A stretch of 64,000 bases of DNA from the IMG/VR virus record IMGVR_UViG_3300006810_006497, positions 3,918 through 67,917 of that record; one strand, written 5' to 3'. Origin of the DNA: a virus. The notes beneath the pieces were generated by a model. The model made no database searches. It saw only the letters and a list, made by a program, of their open reading frames with translations, and had not been told where the DNA came from. The translations under genes and the position numbers were made by a program. This document shows positions 19,276-29,432 of this stretch, piece after piece (the first letter of the stretch is position 1; every line of letters begins with the position of its first letter).

Positions 19276-20515
19276 TCACAACCGCCTCCTTCAAGGATTC
19301 AAGGTCGTCATCGGAGAGGCTCCATGACTTCAACAGAGAAACCTGCTTCGACGGTGATGCCAACTGATATTTCAAACATCGGAGAGCATCTTCATGGTTA
19401 TCGATGGATTTTCTTAGGATCACGGCATCGGCTTTCCTCTCAATGATGTAAGGCAACCCCGCATCCAAAGCCTTGGCAACAGCATCTTCTCCCTCGATCA
19501 CCAATCCATCTCCTTCTGCCAACACGCCAGCGGTGTCCATCTCTTGATTGAGGGCATCGGCATAATGTTTGCAGATTGCAGAATTGAAAGGAAGAATCAA
19601 ACGTGGCTTGCCGCTTGAACTGATTTCGATTGAGCCACCGTTGTCAAACAGACCGCCAACCAAAGCACCAGCGTCTTTGATCAGCATATCCGTTCGAGAT
19701 ACATCGTAAAACATTGAACGGACATTGGATGCTTTGCCCTTACCAATGGCAGAGATCCCATAGAGGAACCCGTGTGATTTGATGAGCATTGAGATCTCAG
19801 TCGTGCTGGCCTCCAAGCCGTATGACTGCAAAGACTGAGCGTTCAAAGCACCATTCTCCGTGAGAAGGTCTTGACAACGCTTTAGGATGCCATCTTCTCG
19901 TCGAGTCAAATGATGTTGCTTTGAGATGCGGTTTGACCAAATGCCATACGCTTCATCACGTTCCTCATCGGTCGATGCATCATTCCATGATTTGACAAAG
20001 CGGCGAAACGGGATGTTCAAATTGTCGGGATTCTTTTGAAGCATTGAATAATCAAAGTCGGTGAACGGCAACTCGTCGATCAACGCTGGCGACACGGAGG
20101 GATACGATTTGAGGAGGCAGATCCGTTCTTCCCTGATCAAGGGTCGAATCAGTTGAACCAATTCATCTCGACCGCTCTTTTCCAATAGGTCGCAGATTTC
20201 CGAACCCTCCATGCCGAAGTTGTCTTTGAACCAACTCTTTTTCATGCCTGGTAAAGGCGAGGGTTGCTGGTTCAATTCCGTCCCAGGTTGTTGTGTTGGA
20301 GCGGTGCTGTTGGCAGAATCCATGCCTTCAATCCCCGAGTCTTCACGAGGGCCACCCATGGAGTTTGTGGTTTCCTCCCTTTGTTGCTTGTCATTGAACT
20401 TTTTCTTCTCATTGAGCAGTCTTATTTCTTGGTCAATGATCTTATTCGGATCGACCTTTAGCAGCGCATCCATGAAGGATTCGACGCCTTCAACTCCTTC
20501 GATCCGATTAAGCAT
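19268..20515 (-). CDS. protein with degenerate LAGLIDADG-like domain
   Basis: LVGGLFDNGGSIEI...PRLIL...LVIEGEDAVAKALDAGLPYIIERK resembles a single LAGLIDADG domain. Confidence 0.55.
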   Translation of the reverse strand: MLNRIEGVEGVESFMDALLKVDPNKIIDQEIRLLNEKKKFNDKQQREETTNSMGGPREDSGIEGMDSANSTAPTQQPGTELNQQPSPLPGMKKSWFKDNFGMEGSEICDLLEKSGRDELVQLIRPLIREERICLLKSYPSVSPALIDELPFTDFDYSMLQKNPDNLNIPFRRFVKSWNDASTDEERDEAYGIWSNRISKQHHLTRREDGILKRCQDLLTENGALNAQSLQSYGLEASTTEISMLIKSHGFLYGISAIGKGKASNVRSMFYDVSRTDMLIKDAGALVGGLFDNGGSIEISSSGKPRLILPFNSAICKHYADALNQEMDTAGVLAEGDGLVIEGEDAVAKALDAGLPYIIERKADAVILRKSIDNHEDALRCLKYQLASPSKQVSLLKSWSLSDDDLESLKEAVVNG

Positions 20516-21944
20516 CTGCCCACCCCAGTCGTGAAGACCACATCTCTGCGTCAAGAATCACGATGTTATCACGGTATTCCTTAGTGGCTTGAACCGATAA
20601 GGCGAGGGCCATCACCATGTCGTCATGACCCCCAAGACTTTCCATGCGACCGTTGTCGAGCATGGTGAACGTGGACAACTCCGTGAGCAATGTATTCATC
20701 AAACGCCGTGTCCCTCCTTCGTCCTTGTAGGGGATAATGAGGTGTCCCCGTTCAAAGTGTAGTTGGAGGGTATGAATTAAAGCCTCTTTCTTCATTCGGC
20801 TCATATTGAATGGTTTGATGGGCAGATCTCCAATCTCAGCGAGGACTTGATTGAATGCCATTGCAAAGTTGTTGGTTTCCAATTCAATGATGACAGGATT
20901 GAATCGAGCGTTCAATTCAATGATCTTATCGATTTGAGCAGAGAAGTCCATGCCCTTTTCGTGATGGGTATGCACGATTCGTTTGTGTCGATTCTCATCC
21001 ATGGCGATGACCATCATACAGGTGTAGTCGGCCTTTCGATTTGCAGAGATAGCGGGATCCCAACCGATGTAATAGTTGAGAGCCTCGTCTGGATCGGGAT
21101 AATAGGACAAGGCCAGTTGCTCATCTTTGACCTGTTCGAGGACTTCTTCGGGGAACAGGCTGGCATCGCTGGCAATCGGTTTGCAGAGATATTCACGGGT
21201 GAACGCAATCGACGTCATGTCATTGCGCCGATTGTTGAGCGCATCCAATGACCACCGCTCAGGGAACAATGGCTCGCCTGTTTGTTCGTTGATCGCGGGA
21301 TATTCACGCACGGCATACGACTTCAACTTCTTCAATTCGGCGTACAGATCTGTGAATGAGAACGGCGTTCCGACGATGCACAGTTGCGCCGTGTGGTGGA
21401 GAACTGGAAGGAGAGCGGTGTAAAACCATGATGAGATATGCTTGAGTTGGGTTTGGGCTTCGCTCGACAGGATGTCGTCAAGCACCACGATGTTAGGGTG
21501 CGCCCCACGAACTGCTTTACCAACGGACATAGCGGAGATCGAGGATTTGTTGGTGAACTTGAACTTCTGCTTGGCCCATCCACGCTTTGGTTTGAGATGG
21601 CGAAGTGCGGGGATGCTTTCGATCAACTCGTTCATTTTCGCCATGTGTTCAATTGACTGGTGTTGGCTGTGTGAGAAGAACAACACCTCAGTCCCTGGGT
21701 TGTAAGCCATTTTCCATAGCAGGTACACACGATAAAACACGGACTTTCCGTGATCTCGGCTGGCAATAATGCAGGTTTTGCTGTTGCCTTCCGACAGGTC
21801 GAACCATTCCTTGTGGAACTTCGTGAGGATCCAAGGATTGCGCTCGTCGTATTTGCCGCAGACCTCTTCAAAGAAATACTTGAAATCTCGACGTCCCATC
21901 TCGAAATCAACGCTTGCCGTTAATTCCTCCATGCCCGACGACAT
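20508..21944 (-). CDS. terL: terminase large subunit
   Basis: Walker A ASRDHGKS, RGAHPNIVVLDD Walker B, IGWDPA and HDDMVMALAL nuclease motifs. Confidence 0.95.
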   Translation of the reverse strand: MSSGMEELTASVDFEMGRRDFKYFFEEVCGKYDERNPWILTKFHKEWFDLSEGNSKTCIIASRDHGKSVFYRVYLLWKMAYNPGTEVLFFSHSQHQSIEHMAKMNELIESIPALRHLKPKRGWAKQKFKFTNKSSISAMSVGKAVRGAHPNIVVLDDILSSEAQTQLKHISSWFYTALLPVLHHTAQLCIVGTPFSFTDLYAELKKLKSYAVREYPAINEQTGEPLFPERWSLDALNNRRNDMTSIAFTREYLCKPIASDASLFPEEVLEQVKDEQLALSYYPDPDEALNYYIGWDPAISANRKADYTCMMVIAMDENRHKRIVHTHHEKGMDFSAQIDKIIELNARFNPVIIELETNNFAMAFNQVLAEIGDLPIKPFNMSRMKKEALIHTLQLHFERGHLIIPYKDEGGTRRLMNTLLTELSTFTMLDNGRMESLGGHDDMVMALALSVQATKEYRDNIVILDAEMWSSRLGWADA

Positions 21945-21958
21945 TCACACCAATCTCC

Positions 21959-23458
21959 TCAGTCCCTGTTGCCCAACAATCTCCGAGCGATGGCCTCGTT
22001 GTCGTTGCCCTCAGTTGCCTCAGTCAAAGGTGCGGAGATGTCTTTTCGAGAAGGGTCTTCACCCTGTTTCTTTTTTCGTGATTTGGATTGCGCCCTTCGT
22101 CGCTCTGCCCTCTCTGCTTTTGCAGCGGCTTTTCCGTCATAGCCTTCAAGGAGTTCCAGCACTTCTTCATGCAGATGATTTGCTGGATGGCTTTCATCCT
22201 CCAAATCACCCGTGGCTCCATAGAGCATTGACATGGCTTTTTGATTGCCGTCTTCTGCCATGTCCATGATTTCACGGACGGTATCTGCTGAGGTCGATCC
22301 GTGGATCGTGGGGATTTTCTTGACATCCTTGGCCTTGGCATTTTGGGATGCCTTTGAGTTGTTGACAAGATCTTTCATCGACATTTTACCTCCCGTTGGC
22401 TTTTCATCGCTTGGATTGACGTCTTGACCACCTTTGGTCTTTGGAGCCATTCGCTGTGGCTGCTCGGCTTCCCTCTCTTTCAATTGTTGAATCTGCGCCT
22501 CTCGATCATCACTTGGTCGCGTTATTTGCGCCCTGCTATATTCGTCTGCCCCCTCGTCCCTCTCTGTTGGTGTTTGCTCTCGAATTGCCTCATTGCTGAA
22601 TCGGTCATACAAATCCGTATTTGGCCGCAATGAACTCATGTCGTTGCCCAAAGGCCGAGGTTGGTTGACCTTCTCTTGAACTTCGGGGGTCGGCTCAATC
22701 ACCTCGGATGCTGGTGCGTCGATTGATGGAGGCTGAGGCTCCTCTGGCTGAGGCTCCTCATCATCCATGCTGTCATAAGCCTCTCGAAATATGGGGTCTT
22801 CTGGCTCTCCCTGCACCGCATTGGGTGGCCGTTCCTCAGTTTCTTTTGGTTGAAGCACGTGTCGAGGTGCGAGCGTTGCATATTGGTCTTCATAGGTTGA
22901 AGTGAGATTGGCGTGGTCATCCTCTGTCAATCGGCCATCCGCCAAAGCAGCGTCAAAACGTGAACGTGCATCGTCCATGCCTTCTTTGGCTTGATTGAAT
23001 TGCTGCCCAAGGGTTTCGACTGCCTCCATCCGCTCATCTTCCGATGCATCCATGTATCCTGATGCATTTGGATCTGCGTCTGGGTCGGTCATCCGAGTCC
23101 CAAGATCCCGATCGGGGGTTCGCTCAGTTGTCCCCTCAGCGGCTCGAACAGGAGAGTCAAAACCAAGTGTGCGAAATGCCTCATCAGCCGCATCTCGATT
23201 TGATGGGCCTTGGAATGTTCGCCCATCTCCTCGCTGTGCGGCAGGGATCCGTCCAACTGCATTTGATCGACGCCTCACAGGTCGTCGTCGAGCAGGTGGC
23301 TCTGGCGTGGGCGGGGGCTGATTTTGAGATTGGAATGCTCTATACCGTCGCGCCATCTCAGGCATACGGGCGTACATCTCACGTCGCCGTTGCTCACGTC
23401 CTCGACGGAACGGTGATTTTTGGAGGTCGCTCCATGCTCGATCAAAGGAATCGCTCAT
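21959..23458 (-). CDS. disordered acidic protein with FxxAW..K leader (putative internal head protein)
   Basis: Start MSDSFDRAWSDLQKS directly after the upstream stop. Low complexity. Confidence 0.65.
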   Translation of the reverse strand: MSDSFDRAWSDLQKSPFRRGREQRRREMYARMPEMARRYRAFQSQNQPPPTPEPPARRRPVRRRSNAVGRIPAAQRGDGRTFQGPSNRDAADEAFRTLGFDSPVRAAEGTTERTPDRDLGTRMTDPDADPNASGYMDASEDERMEAVETLGQQFNQAKEGMDDARSRFDAALADGRLTEDDHANLTSTYEDQYATLAPRHVLQPKETEERPPNAVQGEPEDPIFREAYDSMDDEEPQPEEPQPPSIDAPASEVIEPTPEVQEKVNQPRPLGNDMSSLRPNTDLYDRFSNEAIREQTPTERDEGADEYSRAQITRPSDDREAQIQQLKEREAEQPQRMAPKTKGGQDVNPSDEKPTGGKMSMKDLVNNSKASQNAKAKDVKKIPTIHGSTSADTVREIMDMAEDGNQKAMSMLYGATGDLEDESHPANHLHEEVLELLEGYDGKAAAKAERAERRRAQSKSRKKKQGEDPSRKDISAPLTEATEGNDNEAIARRLLGNRD

Positions 23459-23462
23459 TGGA

Positions 23463-24404
23463 TCACCATCGTCGAAGGTTGTCAGTTGTGTTGCGTTCTT
23501 GGATTGATTTGCGGATGGCAATCATCTCGCCCAAATCACGGTATGCCGACGATGGCGAATCAAACGAGGTCATGACTGGGGACATTCCCATTGCTCGCTG
23601 ATTCATTCGCCCTTGGGCTTGATTGTATTGTTGAGTCTGCTGTGCAGATTGCTGGTTGGCCTTTCGTCGAGCCATACCGCCCGTGGCTCCAAATTGTGAG
23701 GTTAGGCCAAGGGTTCCAACGTCCATGATCTTCCCCATCAGGGAGCGATTCTTCATGTAGGTCTGTTGCTCGGCTCCCTTTCCGCCTTGCAGCGTTTGCA
23801 TATCCTGTCCCGCTTGGAACTGTTGAGCCATCCCTTGGACTTGCGGATTCAATGTGTTTGTAGTCGTTGTTTTGACTTCCTGCGGAGATCCATCTGCATT
23901 CAAGGTCGTCGTGGTTTTCTCATCCACCGTATCGGGCATAGCGGGGTTTCCATTGGCTCCACCTGCGCCCGTGGGGTCAACGACATTTGTTGCTGGAGTT
24001 TCTGTTCCCGTTGCAGGTGGTGCGGCAGGTGGTGCGGCAGGTGGTGCGGCAGGTGGTGCGGCATTAGGGTCTGGCCCCATTGCTTCCATCCTTGCTTGCC
24101 CTTCGGCCTCAACATTTGCCAATTCTGCATCATCCAATTTACCTTGCATTGTGATGTCTTTTTTGCCCGTTGATGTAGTTGAAAATTGAGATGCCGTAGT
24201 TGGCGTTCCCGCCGCCAAGTTTCTCTGATCTTTTGCTTGGCGAGCCTTTGCTGCTTTTCCAGCCCGAACTTGATTGTCATATTGACGGGCTTGATCCCTG
24301 TTCATCTTCATGCCGCCAAAGCGCGCACCCACACGACGAACAAAACCTTTCTCAATATCCTGTTGATGCAACCTCGCCCTCAAAATAAAATCGTCATTCA
24401 TCAA
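23463..24404 (-). CDS. Q/T/A-rich hypothetical protein (putative ejection protein)
   Basis: Low-complexity ORF with APPA repeats and a glycine-rich hydrophobic segment. Confidence 0.6.
   Translation of the reverse strand: MMNDDFILRARLHQQDIEKGFVRRVGARFGGMKMNRDQARQYDNQVRAGKAAKARQAKDQRNLAAGTPTTASQFSTTSTGKKDITMQGKLDDAELANVEAEGQARMEAMGPDPNAAPPAAPPAAPPAAPPATGTETPATNVVDPTGAGGANGNPAMPDTVDEKTTTTLNADGSPQEVKTTTTNTLNPQVQGMAQQFQAGQDMQTLQGGKGAEQQTYMKNRSLMGKIMDVGTLGLTSQFGATGGMARRKANQQSAQQTQQYNQAQGRMNQRAMGMSPVMTSFDSPSSAYRDLGEMIAIRKSIQERNTTDNLRRW
24013..24063. repeat. 12-bp tandem repeat x4 (GCAGGTGGTGCG), coding for APPA
   Basis: Four exact copies visible. Confidence 0.9.
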
Positions 24405-26283
24405 ACATCACCTTGACTTTCTGCACTTCGCTATGCGCCATCCCAATGGATTTTGCCAGATTCTCCCAATTGCCTCGACTGTGAACAATTGTGATGATGT
24501 CGCTCGATGGCCGACGCATCTGCGTGGCAACGAGCGCAACATCGCTCACCGATCCAATGGAATGTTTTGCAACAGCACCGACCTCCTCCTTGGCGATCCG
24601 CATCTGCACGTCTTCGAGCATTTCCTTCAAGACTTCTTCATCGTCTTGATCGTCGGATTTGCTGAAATTAGGGAACAATGATTCGTAGTGGTATCCAAGC
24701 CTGTTCAACAAACGACTCATACGGGAACCCCTACCTGACAATACCGACGCAGGGTGAGGTTGGGCATAAGCGTTGGCCTGTGGAACTGGGGGTGGGGCGG
24801 GATTTAATGGAGCGGAGAATGCTCCAACCATGGCGGCATTTTGGGGCGGGGGTGGAGGAGTTGGATTCATTGGCGGCGGCGGAGTTAGAGGATCGGGAGA
24901 TGCGACAGGTGCAGTTGTAGCGGGTGGCGTACCTGCTGGCGGGATGACCTGTTGCCCTCCCTGTGTTCGAGGCCCCATTCGTCCAGTTGATGGTGGTGCG
25001 GCTTCTTGAGGAGCCTGTTGTTCGGTGATGGGTGATTGAATTGCCCCTCCTGGTGGAATGACTGCGTTTGGATCAACCCAAGTGGGCGGCTTTCCATCCC
25101 GCATCTCCTGTGCGTGAATTGCTTGGAGAAGACGTTCCTTCTTTGTCGAACCAGGGTGATTGCCGCTGTGAGCATCTTGGAATACATTTTGAACGATCTC
25201 ATCAGTCCACCCGTGTTTGTCCTTGAGGTTTTGAATGACCTTCTTATCCCTCGGCATGGGGTCATCGGCATTTTTGCCGTGATAGTGTGAGTTGGACTCA
25301 TAGCGACCGCTCCAAGCAGGGTTCTCACGCAGATCGGGATGGAGGAATTGGCTGTAATCGACCGTTGGATCAGAAGCCATCTCCGACGCTTGAGCCACTT
25401 CCATCGCAGCCATGTTGTCTTCGGAATACTTCCCATGCTCCAAGCCTTGGGTGTGCCGAAGGCCAGCGAACTTTTGGAACCGAGGCATTTGCTGCAACTG
25501 TTGCATTGCCAATGGAACCAACTGTTCCCTCGACAAACCAGGATTGTTGTTCTTGACGTCAATGATTGCCTGTCCCAACACGAACTTGAGGTTCTCATCC
25601 TTGAATGAGATGGTGTCGGTATGGAGGATACCTGGGTTGATCGACTTCGATGGTGTTGGGGCTTTGACATTCGGATTGCGTTCTTTACGCTCCTCGTGCA
25701 ACCCCTTCCAATACGGTCGAGCGTATGATTCGGGCTTTTGTGTTCGCTTGCTTTTGTATTGGGTGATGAGTTGCCCATATTGGTTGTGAGTCAAACCGTC
25801 TTGAGCATATCCCGCAATCCCTTGAGTCCACGCGTCTGCAACTTTGAATTGCCTTCGTTGTGATGGATCGGAGATGAATGCATCGGGTATTGGCGTGAAA
25901 CCATGACCCGATGCCTGTGCTTCTGCTTGATTGAGCAGATTCGTTCGACGAATCGCCTCATTGATGATTGGCGCACCTGCTTCCATTGCTTGAAGAAAAG
26001 CAAAACGCCATCGTTGCGGTTTGTTTGGGTCTGGGCCTTCGTTGATGATGTTCGTGATTGAGGGGTCAACCAGACCTCGCTCAACGGCAATTTTGACCGC
26101 ATCTGCCTCAACACCAGAGAACTCATCGTGGCTGAGGTCATGATGCGATTCACGAAGATTGGCGAAACCGTCCTCGACGTTATCCGCACCAAGCATGGCG
26201 TTGATGAAGTCGTGGACATTGAAGACTCCGTGTCCCTTACGAATCACGAATTGATCGAGGTCAACCCACGGCATGATGCTCAC
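24394..26283 (-). CDS. hypothetical protein, Pro-rich linker (putative internal head protein)
   Basis: 629 aa coupled ORF in the late operon. Confidence 0.65.
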   Translation of the reverse strand: MSIMPWVDLDQFVIRKGHGVFNVHDFINAMLGADNVEDGFANLRESHHDLSHDEFSGVEADAVKIAVERGLVDPSITNIINEGPDPNKPQRWRFAFLQAMEAGAPIINEAIRRTNLLNQAEAQASGHGFTPIPDAFISDPSQRRQFKVADAWTQGIAGYAQDGLTHNQYGQLITQYKSKRTQKPESYARPYWKGLHEERKERNPNVKAPTPSKSINPGILHTDTISFKDENLKFVLGQAIIDVKNNNPGLSREQLVPLAMQQLQQMPRFQKFAGLRHTQGLEHGKYSEDNMAAMEVAQASEMASDPTVDYSQFLHPDLRENPAWSGRYESNSHYHGKNADDPMPRDKKVIQNLKDKHGWTDEIVQNVFQDAHSGNHPGSTKKERLLQAIHAQEMRDGKPPTWVDPNAVIPPGGAIQSPITEQQAPQEAAPPSTGRMGPRTQGGQQVIPPAGTPPATTAPVASPDPLTPPPPMNPTPPPPPQNAAMVGAFSAPLNPAPPPVPQANAYAQPHPASVLSGRGSRMSRLLNRLGYHYESLFPNFSKSDDQDDEEVLKEMLEDVQMRIAKEEVGAVAKHSIGSVSDVALVATQMRRPSSDIITIVHSRGNWENLAKSIGMAHSEVQKVKVMFDE

Positions 26284-27788
26284 CGCTTACCTACAAGACC
26301 AATCTCAGTTGCTGCTTGCCTGTCGATAAATCGGAAAGGTGGCTCGCCCTTGATTTTGCTGGTCGTCATTCCTTCAGGGGAGGAAGACTCATCTCCGTTC
26401 ACAGTCGAACCAACCTTGGCGGCATTATCCAACTCAGGGGTGGCCTTCGTCAACTTCTCAAGTCGTCGAAGCAGAGCCTCCACCTTTCGCTTCATGTTCA
26501 TGATCTCTGATCGGTTGAGGCTTCGGACTCCGCCGCTCTTTGACTTCGCCAGCAGAGGGTCATGCGCGCCCAATGGATCTCCAACGGCATCTCGACTGAA
26601 CTTTGGCATATTTGTCCCCATACGAGATACGGGGGGCAACTTGGTTCCCCCGCCCTTCGTGCCGCCAATGGTAGTCCCCAATTTGCCAATGCCACGGGTA
26701 TCAGCGTGTTGAGTCAAGCCAGTTGGCAATGACCCCTGCATCCGTCGCATTCGCTCATATGCTTTCTTTCGTTCCCAAGCCACAGGATCTCGAAGACGAA
26801 GTGGAATGCCCTCCGACCTGGTTGCTCCCACGTTCCTCAGCGCATGGCTGTGAACATTGGGGTGGAATGCTTGGTTTCGAGATTCTCGATCAAGTTGCAG
26901 GGATACCGCTGCGCTTCGACGCTTAGTTGCTGATTTTGGTTGACGGCCACCACGGGCAGACTTCACGCCCTTCTTTCCACGCTTTTTCTTGCGCTTGTTC
27001 TTGGCTTTGCCCTTTCGCTCATCCTCGTCGCTCTCCTCGTCCTCGGTGTAGCGACGGCCCTTGTATTTCCTCCGAGCCTTCAACAGGCTGTCAAAGGTGG
27101 CCTCAAATGGGTCGTCTTCGCTTTTCCATTCTTCAATGAACTCTTGAGGGAATGGTTGCATCTGTTGCATCCGATAAGCGTATTCCTCTTGACCAGGCCT
27201 CATGGCAATGGTGGTTTCACCGCGCTCCTTGGCAGCACAGATGGTGCAGATCTTTGGGCCTCTGCGGTCTTCAATCTTCATGTCAAAGTTGATTTGCATT
27301 TTTCGACCGCACTTATCGCATCGAACATGATTGTCAAACACGCTCTTGCCCAACATGAAAGGGACGACGCTGTTCTGCGTACCGAACTTCACATTTGGCC
27401 CTTCACTACGAACAGACCCAACATTGGCTCCAGCAGAGATTCCAAGCCCCCCTCGATTCATGTCGATCATGCCCGACTCAAGCATTTGTTGCTCCTGCTC
27501 CATGATAGGGCTTCGATTCAATGACTCATCGATTTTAGCGGGCTTAAGGCCAACATGAGGGATTTTCGCTTCCAACTCACGCAATGCACGTTCTCGACGC
27601 AACCGTGGATCGCGCTGATCAACGCTTTCGCCATCTTCTGGCGTTTGGCGTGTGTGATGCGACAGGCCGTCAGCATCCTCGTTGGGGTTGATGTCGTGAT
27701 CCAACATCTCACGCGGGTTGAATCCGCCTGTCATCTCCTGTGTTCGAGGAGTCCACAACAATGGTTCACGGGGATTGCTAACGACCAT
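26280..27788 (-). CDS. basic hypothetical protein with Zn ribbon and internal leader-like motif
   Basis: CDKC-x18-CTIC. DPFEATFDSLLKA followed by a K/R-rich segment. Confidence 0.65.
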   Translation of the reverse strand: MVVSNPREPLLWTPRTQEMTGGFNPREMLDHDINPNEDADGLSHHTRQTPEDGESVDQRDPRLRRERALRELEAKIPHVGLKPAKIDESLNRSPIMEQEQQMLESGMIDMNRGGLGISAGANVGSVRSEGPNVKFGTQNSVVPFMLGKSVFDNHVRCDKCGRKMQINFDMKIEDRRGPKICTICAAKERGETTIAMRPGQEEYAYRMQQMQPFPQEFIEEWKSEDDPFEATFDSLLKARRKYKGRRYTEDEESDEDERKGKAKNKRKKKRGKKGVKSARGGRQPKSATKRRSAAVSLQLDRESRNQAFHPNVHSHALRNVGATRSEGIPLRLRDPVAWERKKAYERMRRMQGSLPTGLTQHADTRGIGKLGTTIGGTKGGGTKLPPVSRMGTNMPKFSRDAVGDPLGAHDPLLAKSKSGGVRSLNRSEIMNMKRKVEALLRRLEKLTKATPELDNAAKVGSTVNGDESSSPEGMTTSKIKGEPPFRFIDRQAATEIGLVGKR

Positions 27789-28266
27789 TCTTCAACCTCC
27801 TTCGGATGGATCGGTAAAACAAATCGATGTCGTTGCCCAAAGTCATGTACCATTGCGAAAGGGTTGGAGTCTTGGCATAGGACTTGGACATGGGCAGCAT
27901 GGCTTGCTTCAAACCGCTGAGGATTTGAGTTGCGTCCAACAACGAGATGACCTCGGCTTTTGGATTTGCACGAAGCACCTTTAGATCCTCAAAGAGCATT
28001 CTTGACGAGATCAAAGCACCGTACACTTCGGCAACCAAATCTTCAGGATTGCTGATTCCATGATCGAGAATGCTTTCATGCCAAATCTGTACGACTTCAT
28101 CGACAGAGTTGCAATAAGCCACGGCATCTTCAATCGTTATCTCATCTTTTGGAATTGATGACCGCAACACCGCATCGTGATGCGTTCCTTTCAGCATGAG
28201 CCGATGGAGGGTCTTCATCCAGTCATCACCCCTGCTGAAATCAAACGTGCCTTGAGTTCTGCCCAT
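27778..28266 (-). CDS. hypothetical helical protein
   Basis: ORF in operon. True start may be MKTLHRL near 28218. Confidence 0.55.
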   Translation of the reverse strand: MGRTQGTFDFSRGDDWMKTLHRLMLKGTHHDAVLRSSIPKDEITIEDAVAYCNSVDEVVQIWHESILDHGISNPEDLVAEVYGALISSRMLFEDLKVLRANPKAEVISLLDATQILSGLKQAMLPMSKSYAKTPTLSQWYMTLGNDIDLFYRSIRRRLKNGR

Positions 28267-28925
28267 TCGCTTGGCGACTTCTCAACGAAATACTGCTGCA
28301 TGACAGTCAGCACGGACACCGACTGTTTATCGTCAATTGATTCCGCTTTCTCCATCCACTTGGCGAGTTCGAGGAGCGTATCACGGATCTCACGATGGCC
28401 TTTGAGAACGGTTTCAACATCACGCATATTGACAACTTCTTCCTCATCGTCAAACTGATTCTCCACGTGGTCAATGACTCGGCCCATCAAACGATCAAGT
28501 CGGTTGAGGTTCTTCTCCACCCGTTGTAGGGATTCATGAACGCTTTTCATTGCGTTCGGCAAAGCCTCCAACTCAACCTGTCGCTGAATGATTGGCTTGG
28601 TGTGCATCTCCATGTGTTGCGAAATCAAACTGCTTGGCAGGTCGAGTTCGACTGCAAAGTCATCAATTCCTGCGTGTCCTTCGAGAATCGCCGCCTCAAT
28701 CTGCGCTCGCTCTTGATGCGTACACAACGGGCATTCCTCGTTGCTGTTGTTGTAATACTCACCCGAATGTCGGCGCATATGCCGATGAGAGGATCCTTCG
28801 GGCCATTGATTCAAGCGGTCGATGTATTGAACATCATGGACGCCCTTACGGATCATTTCCTCCAGTTCATCCCGATCAGGATGCTGGCAGAACGGGCAGT
28901 TCTTCCGAGTCTGCCGACCTGCCAT
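28215..28925 (-). CDS. tandem Zn-binding HTH protein, possible terminase small subunit
   Basis: Two CPxCxHxxRxxxE...HMxxH repeats followed by a coiled coil. Confidence 0.5.
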   Translation of the reverse strand: MAGRQTRKNCPFCQHPDRDELEEMIRKGVHDVQYIDRLNQWPEGSSHRHMRRHSGEYYNNSNEECPLCTHQERAQIEAAILEGHAGIDDFAVELDLPSSLISQHMEMHTKPIIQRQVELEALPNAMKSVHESLQRVEKNLNRLDRLMGRVIDHVENQFDDEEEVVNMRDVETVLKGHREIRDTLLELAKWMEKAESIDDKQSVSVLTVMQQYFVEKSPSEWAELKARLISAGVMTG

Positions 28926-28948
28926 GTCCTACTCCACGCCCGCTCGCC

Positions 28949-29203
28949 TTAATTGGATTTGTCATCGTTTTTGTGGGTATGACATCGATTGCCATATTCG
29001 GGTTTCCCTTGGTGTTGACACGGAGTCCCAGACTTTGTGATTGCACCACACCTTGACTTACGCTTTGACATCATCGCCTTGATGTCTTGAAGGTCAAAGT
29101 CGCCATCCCCGTCTTGATCGAAGCGAGTCAAGAGGGGGCTGTACGGCAATGGATTGTATCTCGAATGCCCCATATCCCTTGGGGTATCACCGAAAGGATG
29201 CAA
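28949..29203 (-). CDS. small protein with EF-hand-like loop and CCCH Zn motif
   Basis: DQDGDGDFDLQD. RCGAITKSGTPCQH...RCHTH. Start uncertain. Confidence 0.55.
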   Translation of the reverse strand: MHPFGDTPRDMGHSRYNPLPYSPLLTRFDQDGDGDFDLQDIKAMMSKRKSRCGAITKSGTPCQHQGKPEYGNRCHTHKNDDKSN

Positions 29204-29432
29204 ACTGCCGAACGGCGATAGAGAGCGTGAACATCAATCCCAATGCCCCCATTAGCACTTGGAAAGATGACAAGGAAGAACCCTTCCAAACCAACATCAC
29301 AAACAAAGCCAACATGAATGAAAGGATGTAAATCATCGTTGCACTCTCAACCAACATTTTGTTTGGGCTGAAAAACTCAACTGTGGTGTTATACAGGTTC
29401 ACCTGTTCAGGGGTTTGTTTGTCTTCTCTCAT
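29187..29432 (-). CDS. two-TM membrane protein
   Basis: Two hydrophobic helices. Confidence 0.65.
   Translation of the reverse strand: MREDKQTPEQVNLYNTTVEFFSPNKMLVESATMIYILSFMLALFVMLVWKGSSLSSFQVLMGALGLMFTLSIAVRQFASFR

Noticed and set aside
19268-21944. Intron or intein in the terminase or portal
   Set aside because: Both genes are contiguous, with no splicing motifs. The LAGLIDADG-like domain is in a separate ORF.
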